A stretch of 64,000 nucleotides of DNA from Camelus dromedarius. Lineage: Eukaryota. Every line of letters starts with the position of its first letter. Within the stretch, counting starts at the first letter, position 1. The translations under genes were made by a program, and so were the position numbers. The stretch lies in assembly GCF_036321535.1 (NCBI RefSeq), contig NC_087436.1:58096001-58160000 (forward strand), in the 5' to 3' direction. The notes under the pieces are model-generated. The model was not told the DNA's origin. It worked only from the letters and a program-made list of their open reading frames with translations, and made no database searches. Shown piece after piece: positions 13,331 to 25,444 of this stretch.

Positions 13331-14309
13331 TTAATTCAATGGCAGTTGAACTCAACAATACAGAGAGCTTTCAGATAGTGATCATCAAGAAATGTGCTTC
13401 TGTACATGAAAGATACAATGAGAAGACAACTTCTTTATAAATACCAGATGACTTGTTTTCAGAAGTTACTGATCCATCAAGAGAGTCACAGAAAAAATAT
13501 TCTCACTTATATGTAATATCACAAAAAATATTTTCTAGAGCTTCATAGATCACTCATAGTTATCCATCTGAATCATATGCATTTAACAATGTTCATAAGG
13601 GAAATAATGTTGACACCAATATTTAGTTAGATGGATCAGAGAAAAAAACATAATCATAAAGTAGCTGTCATTTTTTTCATTTACTGATATTACTATGGTT
13701 AATATCAATATCAAATGCATTTTTAGTTGCCAGCAAATTTCCAAATATATTGAAAACAGCTTTATCTATAACTCTCATTCCCTTTTTAAGCTCATGAGAA
13801 CTGTTTACAGATGTTTGTCATTAACAACATTCCCAATCAAGATTATTACATTTAAATATACACTATCAGAAAAGATATATTACTTAAATATATATGTATT
13901 TGTTTAAAATATATGTTCATATACAAATAATTTCTTAATTCTAGATCACATACTTAGATTTAATGTTATTTTGTGAGAGTAAGAGCAATTCTAGTATTTT
14001 TACCTTAAAAACTACTTTACTACACAAAAGAAAACAAGGTCAGTTTTTTTTCGTTCATCTCCATTTATTCTTGAATTTAGTAAATTGTTCTTAAAATAGG
14101 TATGTGGAGAAAATTCAATAGGAACAGTGAGTACTTAACTATAAACTGAAAAATAAAGTACCAAAGGATTAACTAAATGATATATGTGCTTAGATGTGTG
14201 ACTTGAAAGCAATTCATTCATTTAAGTATAATTTTATATTCAATGAATAATACATGTAAAACAGGTAACTATGATTTTTGTTTATTCAAAAATCTACACA
14301 GGAATTTTG

Positions 14310-17300
14310 TGGTTTCTGGTTCCCAATGTAAAAAGCTTGGAAGTGGCGGTGCTATAGTAACAAAAAAGTAAAAAGCTAAAAAGAAAGAAAAATCAACTCT
14401 TTTTGGATCTATAGGAAAGGGGATGTAATACAGGACAAACAGCTGCCCCCAGTATTGGAAAGGCAGGTGACTATAGGGAGTCATGGCCTATCTGAGGAGA
14501 GACTCACAAGTGGAAACAAACAGGAATCACAGGAAGACTTGAATTGTAATTGTTCATTATGGACAACTCTGAGAGTTTAAAATCTCCACGGCAACCCAGT
14601 TATGAGGGGTGCACCTACAATATTGTGAGATTTACCTCTAGGAGGTCAATCAGATTTCCAGAGTAAATTTCAGAGAAAATTCCTTTTGGCTTCCAACAGG
14701 AAGAGTGTAAAAGAACCATTTTGAAATATGCCAAAGCAATGTTTTCTTAACAAGGCCTGTCCTCAGGGGAAACTAATTAATCAGAGCCTAATTTCCTGGG
14801 GTATTACCAGGGCTTAACTGAACTGGTAGAAGGAAAATACCCAATTTCAGCCCACTGTCACACCTAAGGAGGGAGTAAAAAACCCAAGTCTTCTGAGGTT
14901 CACAGTCCAGAAGCATAGGTTCACTAAAACACTGAGACCTAATAGCAAAAAACACAAACAACCCAATCCAAAAATGGGCAGAAGGCCTAAACAAGTGATT
15001 CTCCAATGAAGAGATACAAATGGCCAATAGGCACATGAAAAAAAATGCTCAATATCACTAACTATCAGAGAAATGCAAATCAAAACTACAATGAGGTATA
15101 TCACCTCACACCAGTCAGAATGGCCATTATTCAAAAGTCTATAAACGATAAATGCTGGAGAGGGTGTGGAGAAAGGGAACCAAACTACACTGCCGGTAGG
15201 AATGTAGTTTGGTGCAGCCATTATGGAAAACATGGAGATTCCTCAAAAAACTAAAAATAGATTTACCATAGCAATTCCACTCCTGGACATATATCTGGAG
15301 GGAACTCTAATTCGAAAAGATACATGCACCCTAATGTTCATAGCAACACTATATACAATAGCCAAGACATGGAAGTAACCTAAATGTCCATCAACATATG
15401 ACTGGATAAAGAGGTTGTGGTATATTTATATAATAGAATACTACTCATCCATAAAAAAGAATAAAATAACACCATTTGCAGCAACATGCATGGACCTAAG
15501 GATCATCATTCTAAGTGACATAAGCCAGAAAGAGCAAGAAAAATAACATATGATATTACTCATATGTGGAATCTAAAAACAAAAAAAAAGGAAAAAGAGG
15601 ACACTAATGAACTCATCTACAAAACAGAAACAGACTCACAGACATACTAATAATTTTATGGTTACTAGAGGAAAGGAGGTGGGAAGAAATAAGTTTGGGA
15701 GTTTGAGATTTGCAAAAGGTAACCACTATACAAAAAAAATAAAAAACAAATTTCTTCTGTATAGCACACGGAACTGTATTCAACATCTTGTAAAAACCTT
15801 TAGTAAAAAAGAATATGATTGGAACAGTATGCTATACAGCAGAAATTGACACAATGACTATACTTCAATAAAACAAAAATAACATAAAAACAAACAAACA
15901 AAATTCAAACAAACAAAAAAACCATTTAGTTGCATACTACAAAAAAATAAACAAATAAAAGGATAAGCAATTTATTGGGGAAAAAAAAGAACTATAGAAC
16001 AATTCTCCTTCCCCCTACACCTCACCACTACCTAAGTAAGTCTATTTACAGCAGTTCTTTTTACCCAGTACATCATGTCTGGCTATCAAGAAAAAAATGA
16101 CAAGGTATAAAAAAAGGCATAAAACACAATTCAAAGCAAGATAACCGGCATCAGATGCATTCATGGCAGGGATATTGAAATTGTTCTACTGAGTTTTAAA
16201 ACAACTATGACTAATAAGTTAAGGGATTTAATGGATAATGTAGATAATATGCAAGAACAGACAGGCAATGTAAGCAAAGAAATGGAAATCCTAAGATTCT
16301 AATCCAAAATGAAATGCTAGAGAAAAAAAAATACTGTAACAGAAATGAAGAATGCCTTTGGTGGGCTTATTAATAGATTTGATAAGGCTGGAAAAAAAAC
16401 TGCCTGAGCTAGAGGGTATATTAATAGAATCCTCAAAAATTGTAAGTAAAAGAACAAAAACTGGGAAAAAAAAAACAGATTATCACAGGACTATAGGACA
16501 AATACAAAAGGTGCAACACATATGTAATGGGAATACTACGAAAAGAAAGAGAGACAGGAACAGAAGAAGTATTTGAAAAAATAATAACTGAGAACTTCCC
16601 CCAAATTAATGTCAGACACCAAACCACAGATCCATGACAACAGAAAGGATAAATCAAATACACTACATCTAGGTATATCATTTTTGAGTTGTAGAAAATC
16701 AAAGATAAAGAAAAAATTCTTAAAGAAGCCAGAGGAAAAAACACCCAACTATAGAGGGAAAAATATGAGAATTATGTCCAACTTTTCTTCAGAAATGATA
16801 CAAATGAGAATAGCAGAGGGTAGTAATATTTAAGGTGTTGAGAGAAAAAGCCATCAACAGAATATACAAATCCAGCAGACAGAAAACCAGTAAGGACAAA
16901 GTTGAACTCAACAACACCATGAATTAACTAGATATAATTCGCCTATATGGACTTCTTCATTCAACCATAGCAAAAATACATTTTTCTCAAGCTCACAGGG
17001 AAATAGTCCAAGATATATCACATTCTCTCTTTAGGAGTCATAAAGCATACTTCAGTAAACTTAAAAGAGCAGAAATCATACAATGTCCTCTCTCAGAACA
17101 CAGTGGAATTAAACTAGAAACCAATAACAGGGAGAAAAGTGGAAAATCTCAAAATATGTGGAGATTAAATGACACACCTTTAAATGCCACATGGATCAAA
17201 GAAGAAATTTAAAGAGAAATTTTAAATAGTTTGAAATAAAATAAAAACACAACTTTTCAAAATTTACATGAACAGCAGCAGAAGCATTACTTAGAGGAAA

Positions 17301-19856
17301 ATTTATAACATTTACTATATGTTATTATAAAAAAAGATCTAAAATCAGTAACCTAAGTTTCTACCTTAGGCAAGTAGAAAAAGAGAGCAAATTAAGTCCA
17401 AAGTAAGCAGAAGAAAAGAAATAATAAGAATTGGAGAAGAACTCAACAAAATTTAATCAACAAACCAAAAATTGGTTCTTTGAAGAAATTAGTAAAATTG
17501 ATACCTCTAAGTATGAAAAGTAATAAAAAGTGAAAGAAGACACAAATTACTAATATCAAAAATGAAAGCAGAGAAGGACATTTCTATAGATTCCATAGAT
17601 GTTAAAAAAAAAAAAAAGGAATACTATGTCAAGCTATATTAACTCTATGCCCATAAACTGGATAACCAGATGATGGTTCAATTCCTTAAAAGACAAAATT
17701 TTGCTGAAATTTACACAAGATAAAGAGACAATATGAATAGGCCTATAGCTATTAAAGAAATTGAATTAGTAATTAATAATCTCCAAACAGAAAGCACCAG
17801 GCCCAGATGGGTTCACTGATGAATTCCATCAAGCAGTTAAAAAAGAATTTATATCAAATTTCTACAATCTCTTTCAGAGGATCAGGAGAAGAAATGCTTC
17901 CAAACTCATTCTTTGAGGCCAGAATTATCATAATACTAAAACTAGACAAAGTTATTATAAGAAAACTTCAGACCAGTATCTCTCATGAACATAGATTCAG
18001 AAATTCCCAAGAAAATATTAGAAAATTAAATCCAATAATGTACAGAAGAATTATACACTAAGATCAAGTAGCATTTATGCCAATTATGCAAAGTTGAGTC
18101 ACCATTCAAAAGTCAATTAATGTAATCCAGGACATCAACAGACTAAAAAAGAAAAAATGGCACCATCATATCACTAGATAGAGAAAAAAAGCATTTGACA
18201 AAGTCTAACATTCATTCATGGTAAAAACTCTCAGTAAACAAGGAATACAGGAGAACATCCTCAACTTGATAAATATCTACCAAAAAAACCCACAGTTAGC
18301 ATCATACTCAATGGTGAGAAACTTGACGCCTTCCCACTAAGATCAGGTACAAGGCAAGGATGTCCTGTCTCACCAGTCATGTTTAACACTGTATTATTGG
18401 AAGTTATAGCTAGCACAATAAGATAGGAGAAGAGAATGAAACATACAGACTGGGAAGAAAGACATAAAGCTCTTTGTTTGCAGATAATATAATCATCTAT
18501 ATAGAAAAATCACAAAGAATCAACCAGAAAAAGTCTGACGTTGTAAGTGATTACAGCAATATTGCAGGGTAAAAGATTGCTATGTGGAAATCAATCATGT
18601 TCTCATATACCTGCAGTGAACAACTGAAATTTGAAATTAATAATACAGTAACATTAAAATCAGCACCTTCCAAAATGAAATACTTGGGTACAAATCTAAC
18701 AAAATATGTACCTCTAGGTGAGGAAAATCTGATGAAAGAAGTCAAAGAAGAACTAAATAATATCCATGTTAGTGGATATAAAGACTCTATTGTCAAGATG
18801 TCAGTTCCTCCCACTTTGATCTAAAGATTCGATGCAATCCCAGTCAAAATCCCAGTAAGTTATTTTCTGATTATCAAAAACCTGATTCTAAAGTTTATAT
18901 AGAGAGGCAAAAGACCATGAATAGCCAACAAAATATTGAAAGAGAAGAACAAAGTTTGAGGACTGATGCTACCTACTTTCAGATGTATTATAAACCTACA
19001 GAAATAAAGACTGTGTGGTATTGGTGAAAAAATGGAAAATTGATCAATGTAACAGAATAGAGAGCCAAGAAATAGACTCACATAAATACAGTGAACTGAT
19101 CCTTGACAAAGGAACAAAGGCAATACCATGGAGCAATGCACTGTCTTTTCAACAAACAGTGCTGAAACTACTGGACATAAACATGCCAAAAAATAATAAA
19201 CCTACACAAAGACCTAACATCTTTCACAAAAATTAACTCAAATCAATCACAGACCTAAATATAAAATGCAAAGCTATAAAACTCCTAGAAGATGACACAG
19301 GAAAAAGAATCTATATGATCTTGGCTATGGTGATGACTTTTAGGTAGAACACCAAAGTCATACTCCATGAGAGAAATCACTGATAAATTGTACTTTATTA
19401 AAATTAAAATTCTCAGCTCCGAGAAAGACACTGTCAAGAGAATGAGTAGAAAAGTCACAGCCCTGGAGAAAATATTTGCAAAGACATATCTGATAAAGGA
19501 CTTTTATCCAAGATACACAACAAAACAAACTATTAAAACTCAACAATTTAAGAAAACAAACAATCTGACCAAAAAATGTCCAAAGACAACAGACACCTCA
19601 CCAAAGAAGATATACAAATAGTAAATAAACATATGACCTCACATCATCAGAGAAATGCAAATTAAAATAATGAGATGTCACTGCACACCTATTAGAATGG
19701 CCAAAACTCAGAACACTGACAACACCAAATGCTGGTGAGGATGTAGAGCAAGAGGAACTCTCATTCATCGCTGGTGGGAATTTAAAATAGTACAGCCACC
19801 TCTAAAGACACTTTGGTAGTTTCTTACAAAACAAAACGTACTCTTACCATATGATT
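14310..19856 (+). mobile_element. Old L1 (L1MC-like): 5'UTR, ORF1 remnant and most of ORF2; internally deleted, 3'-truncated, interrupted by a younger L1
   Basis: ORF1-derived peptides at 16352-16833; ORF2-like peptides ('MLPNSFFEARII', 'MKYLGTNLTK', 'KIDQCNRIESQEID'); RT-region motif 'ttcccactaagatcaggtacaaggcaaggatgtcc'; many stops and frameshifts. Confidence 0.9.
14941..15920 (+). mobile_element. Younger lineage-specific L1 (ORF2 C-terminus, 3'UTR, A-tail) nested in the 5'UTR of the older L1
   Basis: ORF 15045-15254 '[25 protein letters not shown]' is the L1 ORF2 C-terminal Cys-rich region; ends 'gactatacttcaataaaa' plus A-rich tail. Confidence 0.9.
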
Positions 19857-21254
19857 CTTTTAAGGGTAATAATGTATTCTGCACTATTTAAACTGAGACA
19901 AGATGTAGTTTCTACCTCTTTATTTAGGTGGCCTGAGAGCCTGGCTTTGAGGCTCAAAACTGATTATTACTGAAGTAACTCCAAAACAAGACACAAAATC
20001 TAGAAAAGTAAAGGTGAAGACTTGAAAACCAGATCTCTGTCATCTAACAGCGGTTTTCCTTTTACAACAGAGCCAGGATTTTTATGAACTGATTTAATTT
20101 TTACAATCTCATGTTTGTTAATCTGTTAAATGGAGACTGGATCTACCTTAGAGGGTTGCGAAAGTTAGAGAGATTATGAATAGCACCAGAGCATCACACA
20201 ATGAGTGTAATGAACATCTGCTATGGTTTATCACTCAGTTCTACTCATCTGTGTTTATACATCAAATCTTTTCTCTGCAAAGTGAAAATTATTCATCATA
20301 CTTTTTTCAGCCTGATGTTATGCTAGGTGCTACAGATAACACACACAGGGTCCCTGCCCTCAAGACAACAACATTCATTACAAATAGGAGGTAAGTAAAT
20401 ACCCCAAAGTATTATAGAGTGTTGACAGATACGTGCTATAACTCTTCTTACACTTCCAAAAAATGAGAAATTATTTCTAAATCAAATGGTCAGAGAAGAC
20501 TTCAAATAGAATTTTTGCTGCCCACTGACAGACTTTTTTTTTGGAGACATCTAAATGGTTCTCCCTTGCTTGTGCACATTCTTGTTCTTGCACATTTTCC
20601 CGGATAGTTACATAATCCTGAATGCAACAGAGATAATTAATTCCAGAATTTGAAAAATATCCAATTTCATTGTGTAATTAAAATGCATCTCAACTGAATT
20701 TGAATTACATTAAAATTCAAAAAATACTTCAGAGAGCTGAAGCCATAATATCAAGTAATATGTAACAAAGAGCCTCCTTTCTTCAAATTTCCAAACATGA
20801 ACTAAACTTCTCTACCTACTAAGTAAATAATATTTACAAACAACAATAAAAACAAGCAAACAAGTAAATAAATAAAATAACCAATATTAAAAATAATAAA
20901 GAATTTATACTGAATATAAAAATAATTTTCTTAATTTATCTGAGTTTTAAAATGTAAAAATAATTAAATTTTACCATTAAGCATTTAAATTTTTATTCAA
21001 ATAAAAATTAGCTGATTTAGCTTTTAATTATTTCTATATTTCCTAATTATTTGATGGGTTGACTTCTGTGGCAGAAAATCAATCCAACCAAATGGTGAAC
21101 CAAGTTTAATTAGTTTTCTTAATTAATCCACTACAATTCTTACTGCTCCCAGATATAATACAATTTATTTGGACATTTATTCAAGGATGTTGCTAATTTA
21201 AAACATAAACTTGAACATACTGACCCGTTGTATCAGGTAGTTAGCTTAAGTGGG

Positions 21255-21470
21255 GAGAGAATATGAAGTGTGGGTAAGCTTTGTCAATATACTGCCTGGG
21301 TTCGACTACACTTACTATTTCTGAGCTACGTGAGCCAAGGAGAGTTATATAATCTCTCCCATGCCTCAATTTCTCATCCTAAAATGGTCATGTTAATAGT
21401 GTCTATATCAGAGCATCCTCATAATCATTAAAGTGCTTAGCACAATACATCAACTATTGTCACATAAACT
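21255..21470 (+). mobile_element. MIR SINE
   Basis: 'ctgcctgggttcgact...aatctctcccatgcctcaatttctcatcctaaaatgg...aaagtgcttagcacaat'. Confidence 0.75.
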
Positions 21471-22471
21471 ATTGACTAAGTTAGCTTTAATTACTACCTA
21501 TGCTTTCAAAAGAGAAAGACAGAATCCACTAAATCTGAATGGGAGATTGTATAATATGAATAATAAGATTAAAATATTATCCAAATCCTATTTCATCCAA
21601 TGTATAAGTCAAAGGCTTTGTCCTCCGTGTGGTCCACCCTATACCCCTTCTGCCAAAGTGACCACCCCTCACCTGAATTCACACAAAGGGCTATCATGAC
21701 ACCTATATGGCATACAAGGAAATAAATCCTTAATACCACACATTTTTCTTGTAACTTTAACTTGACATCCACTTCAGGCCTTCTCTCCCCAATTAAATGG
21801 TGAACTCTTGAGGGCAGAGACCTTGCTCACTACTTCCTGTTATCTTCAATAGCACCTGGGAGAGTTCCTTGCATAGGGTAAGAGTTCATGACTTGTTGTT
21901 CAGCTATAGATTTCTATAAGCTGTACTTAGAGTTTCCTACTGAACTCTTCACATAGTATATTAACTTTGTTATACTTGAGTCATCAGGGTCTATACTCTT
22001 CTTTATTTCTAAAATTCAGCTTAGTTTCTGGCATAGGGTAGGTACTTTATAAAATTAAATCAGTAAACAACAATTTGGTCAGGAGGACAAATTGTCCTGC
22101 CTACACTTGGAGGATGACTTGAATATCTGTATAGATGTTATAAAATAATAAATCAAGGAATCATAATAAGACAAAAATATACCAAAGAATATATTTGAGA
22201 ATATATCTGAGAAGTTAGATATTTATGTTCTAGATGAATACTGTCCATTCTTCTGGAGAAAATATGTTCTACCACCACCAGAAAATGGTTTACTCCCCAT
22301 CCCAACATCCCACTCTTGATCTACTTCATTTCTAAGAATGTAATAGTAGAGAAGAGCAGATATTCATGAGTCATGATAGTATAATTGGGAGATTTGGAGT
22401 TAGATTAGCTGTCATATAAACATTTATTTGAATTCTCTTTCAGCATGCTTTAGAATTTATGATCTGCATGT

Positions 22472-22473
<2 letters not shown>

Positions 22474-22508
<35 letters not shown>
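22474..22508. repeat. (GT)n microsatellite
   Basis: About 17 GT units. Confidence 0.95.
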
Positions 22509-22509
<1 letters not shown>

Positions 22510-22892
22510 ATGAGAGAGTATATGGACCTCTGTGTATGTGCATGTGTGTGGGTGCGCAGTGCACTTGATTTCATGAAGAAATTGTTAAAAATAACTGCAT
22601 AATTGAACATAATAGTCAAGTGAGAGGACAGGACATAAAACATAGTAAATATTTTTTAGGGATAGACTTTATAAAAATCATAAGCATCAATCAGATGTGA
22701 TCTTCAAGAAATTTAAAAATACGCATTTTAAAACAAATGATAAGAACAACAAAAAGGACATAAATTAGTTTCAGTATTTTAAAAGCAGAAAAGCCCTAAA
22801 ATAAAAATAGAGTACATTCCTGGTGTCAGTTTTAAGAACCTGATTTTATTATTGCTATCTGCTTCACATAAAACAATATGGTGTGACATCTT

Positions 22893-23010
22893 CAGCTAGT
22901 TAGCGCTCTTGGTGAGAGCTCATTGCTAATGAGTCATCACATTGATTCCTGTTGGATTTGTTTGCTGTGATTTGTTATCTGATGACAAACTTGAACAATA
23001 ATTCTGGTTA
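22893..23010 (+). mobile_element. Possible ancient tRNA-derived SINE (MamSINE1-like)
   Basis: 'gctagttagcgctcttggtgagagctcattgctaatgag' resembles the tRNA head GGCCGGTTAGCTCAGTTGGTTAGAGCGTGGTGCTAATGAG. Confidence 0.4.
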
Positions 23011-23381
23011 TTGATCCCTATTAAATGCAGTAAAATGAGCCACATCAACTAATTACTGCTTGACTAGGCCCATTACGAATAAAGAGAAAACAAAACATAC
23101 TTATTTTCCAATTTGATGTGACAGACAAAAACTGTGAGATTACAGAAAAGTTTAGCACAATTTGAATATGAAACTATAAATTTTTCCTTACTGAATTTTC
23201 CTAATGTTAAAAGCACCAGTATTTATAGTAGACTACAATCTAAAGATATAGTCATATACTACATGGAGTTTTAGGTAAATGATATAATATATACAATTAA
23301 ACTCTAGAATACAGAGCTTACTTTGGGACATCAGTTTTACAAGATTACTGAAGCACTGGGGTTACCTTCTATTATTTAACT

Positions 23382-23795
23382 TTATGGTTTGAATTATGCC
23401 CCCTCTTTAAAAATGTTGAAATTGTAACTCCCAGAACCTGTGAAAGTGAACTTATATGTAAATAAGAACTTGGCAGATACGATCAAATTAAAATGAGATA
23501 ATTATTCTGGGCCCTGATCTAATACTGGTGTCCATTATGACAAAAGAGGTAGGAATTGGAGCGACAGGGCTGAAAGCCAGGAATGGCCAGGGCTTGACAG
23601 CCACCACTGGAAACTAGGAAGAAGCAAAACATTCTCTTGGACAGGTTCAGGAGGAACATAGCCCTGCTAACAAGCCCTGCTGACATCTTGATTTTTTTCC
23701 TTTTAGTCTCCAGAACTATAGGACAATTATTTTTTGTTGTTTTTAGCTATCTAGTTTGTGGTACTCTGTAACAGCAGTCTTAGAAAATGAATACA
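23382..23795 (+). mobile_element. MaLR solo LTR (MLT1B/C-like)
   Basis: Starts 'ttatggtttgaattatgcccc' and ends 'tagtttgtggtactctgtaacagcagtcttagaaaatgaataca'. Confidence 0.85.
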
Positions 23796-24009
23796 CTCAT
23801 GTACAGAGTTTACTGAATTAGAAAATAAAACACAATGGAAAAGGAGCCTGAAACATGAGGAGTCCAAAATGGGCAGTGCAGAGAGAAAATCCAGCTTGGC
23901 CTGTTCCAAGACTGTATTATACACTGGATTATAACATCAATTTATGCTTATCTGGTCCTTGCCATCACTGATGTCATAATTACCCACAACTTTCTTTAAA
24001 AAAGCTACC

Positions 24010-24380
24010 AGATATATCTTCAAAAAATATGTACATAACATTTCACTGAATCATTGTTTCCAACAGAAAAAGACTGGGTAAACCTTATTTTGTCTATCAA
24101 TAGAGCAAAGGTTAAATAAATTACTCATACACAGAACAGTATGCAGCCATAAAAAGAATACTAAGAACACTAAACCTGAAGCAAGGTGTAGAACAACATG
24201 TGCAGTATAAAGCAATTTAAATAAAAAGGGATAGGAAATAAGGATTTGATTGTAAATCTACAACATAGTTCTAAAAAAGAAATGGATAGTTGGGCCACAG
24301 TGGTGGGTAGAAAACTAATCACTGGACTTCATGCTTTTTAAAATTTGTACATGTGCATATGTTTTTTATTTAAAAGATAA
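24010..24380 (+). mobile_element. Ancient L1ME-like 3' fragment
   Basis: 'tctatcaatagagcaaaggttaaataaatta...agtatgcagccataaaaagaat'. Confidence 0.55.
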
Positions 24381-25344
24381 AATAAAATTTTCTGTTGCTA
24401 CTTTTGGAGAAGTTTTTATATGGCACACCGTAAAATCTACAGTTGTAAATTTTCTTTCACTCAACAGGCTTAGACTTAATCTAAAAATTAAAAAGCTTAA
24501 TCATAATTCTGTTCCAGTAATGAAAAACACTGGAATAATCAAAAGAGTACTGAAAATATGAGAAAACATTAACCTATCTCCATATAGGTAAAATCTATAG
24601 AATATATATACCTATGATAGTGTAGTTCTACTTTTTATCTTCAAAAAGATACCTGAAACCTAGCGAGCATCTAGAGAAAACTAAAGAGTTCATTTTAGAA
24701 GAACAGAGAAAAATATTTAGGTTTTTATACTAGTAAATCAAAATACTGAAAGAGAATAGGAACAAAATCTACAAAAATATGATCAGTGTAAATTACCTGA
24801 ATATGGATTTGCCAAGTAATTCCCAAAACAGCTGAATAATACCACATCCCTTAACTGAAATACAATTAAATACCAGAGTTTAAAAAAAGAAAGAAACTAA
24901 ATTACCTAGGTGATGTTTTTTCTAGTATATATTACTTCAAATGATGTCAAAATTATAAAACTTAAGTACATTTTCAAATATTTATATAAATAATGGAAAG
25001 TAGAACAAAACTTCTGAAGCCAGTGATTAGGAGGACAAACATATCCTATTGCCATGCTTGCTTTCTGTCACTATCAGAAGAAGCTTGCTACTAAAAAATT
25101 AAATGGGACTAACCCTGTTTCTTGTAGGACTGACACAGAAAACTGTCCATGCCTTAGTTGTGCAACAAATGAAGCATCAGGAGAGTGAAGTAACATTAAC
25201 TAATAATCAAAACTGTATTTAAAAAAACATATATCTGTCTAAGTCAACATGCCTTGATATTTTGATATTTCTATTCAAACAAAAGCACTCATAGGGTTCT
25301 AATACATCACCTTAGTACATAAATCCTCCATAATTTACACTGAC

Positions 25345-25444
25345 CTTGCTAGTGGAAACATATTCTCGGTTGTTTTTGTCCAAGATTTACTTTGCTCTGT
25401 CAGTTGGAGAATCGATTCAGGTCAGGGAGAAAACCTCCAAACAC
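25345..25444 (-). other. Candidate 100-nt exon, unidentified gene
   Basis: Minus strand ctaatttttgcctgttggctcacaatag|GTGTTT...CTAGCAAG|gtcagt within repeat-free DNA. Confidence 0.25.

Noticed and set aside
14788..19621. Dense cluster of ORFs on both strands that looks like a gene cluster
   Set aside because: All are frameshifted L1 ORF1/ORF2 remnants or their antisense frames; there is no intact RT or endonuclease.
25345..25361. MFPLA(R) resembles the N-terminus of COX7B2
   Set aside because: Only 5-6 residues match and no downstream COX7B-like sequence is found in the window; no gene symbol assigned.
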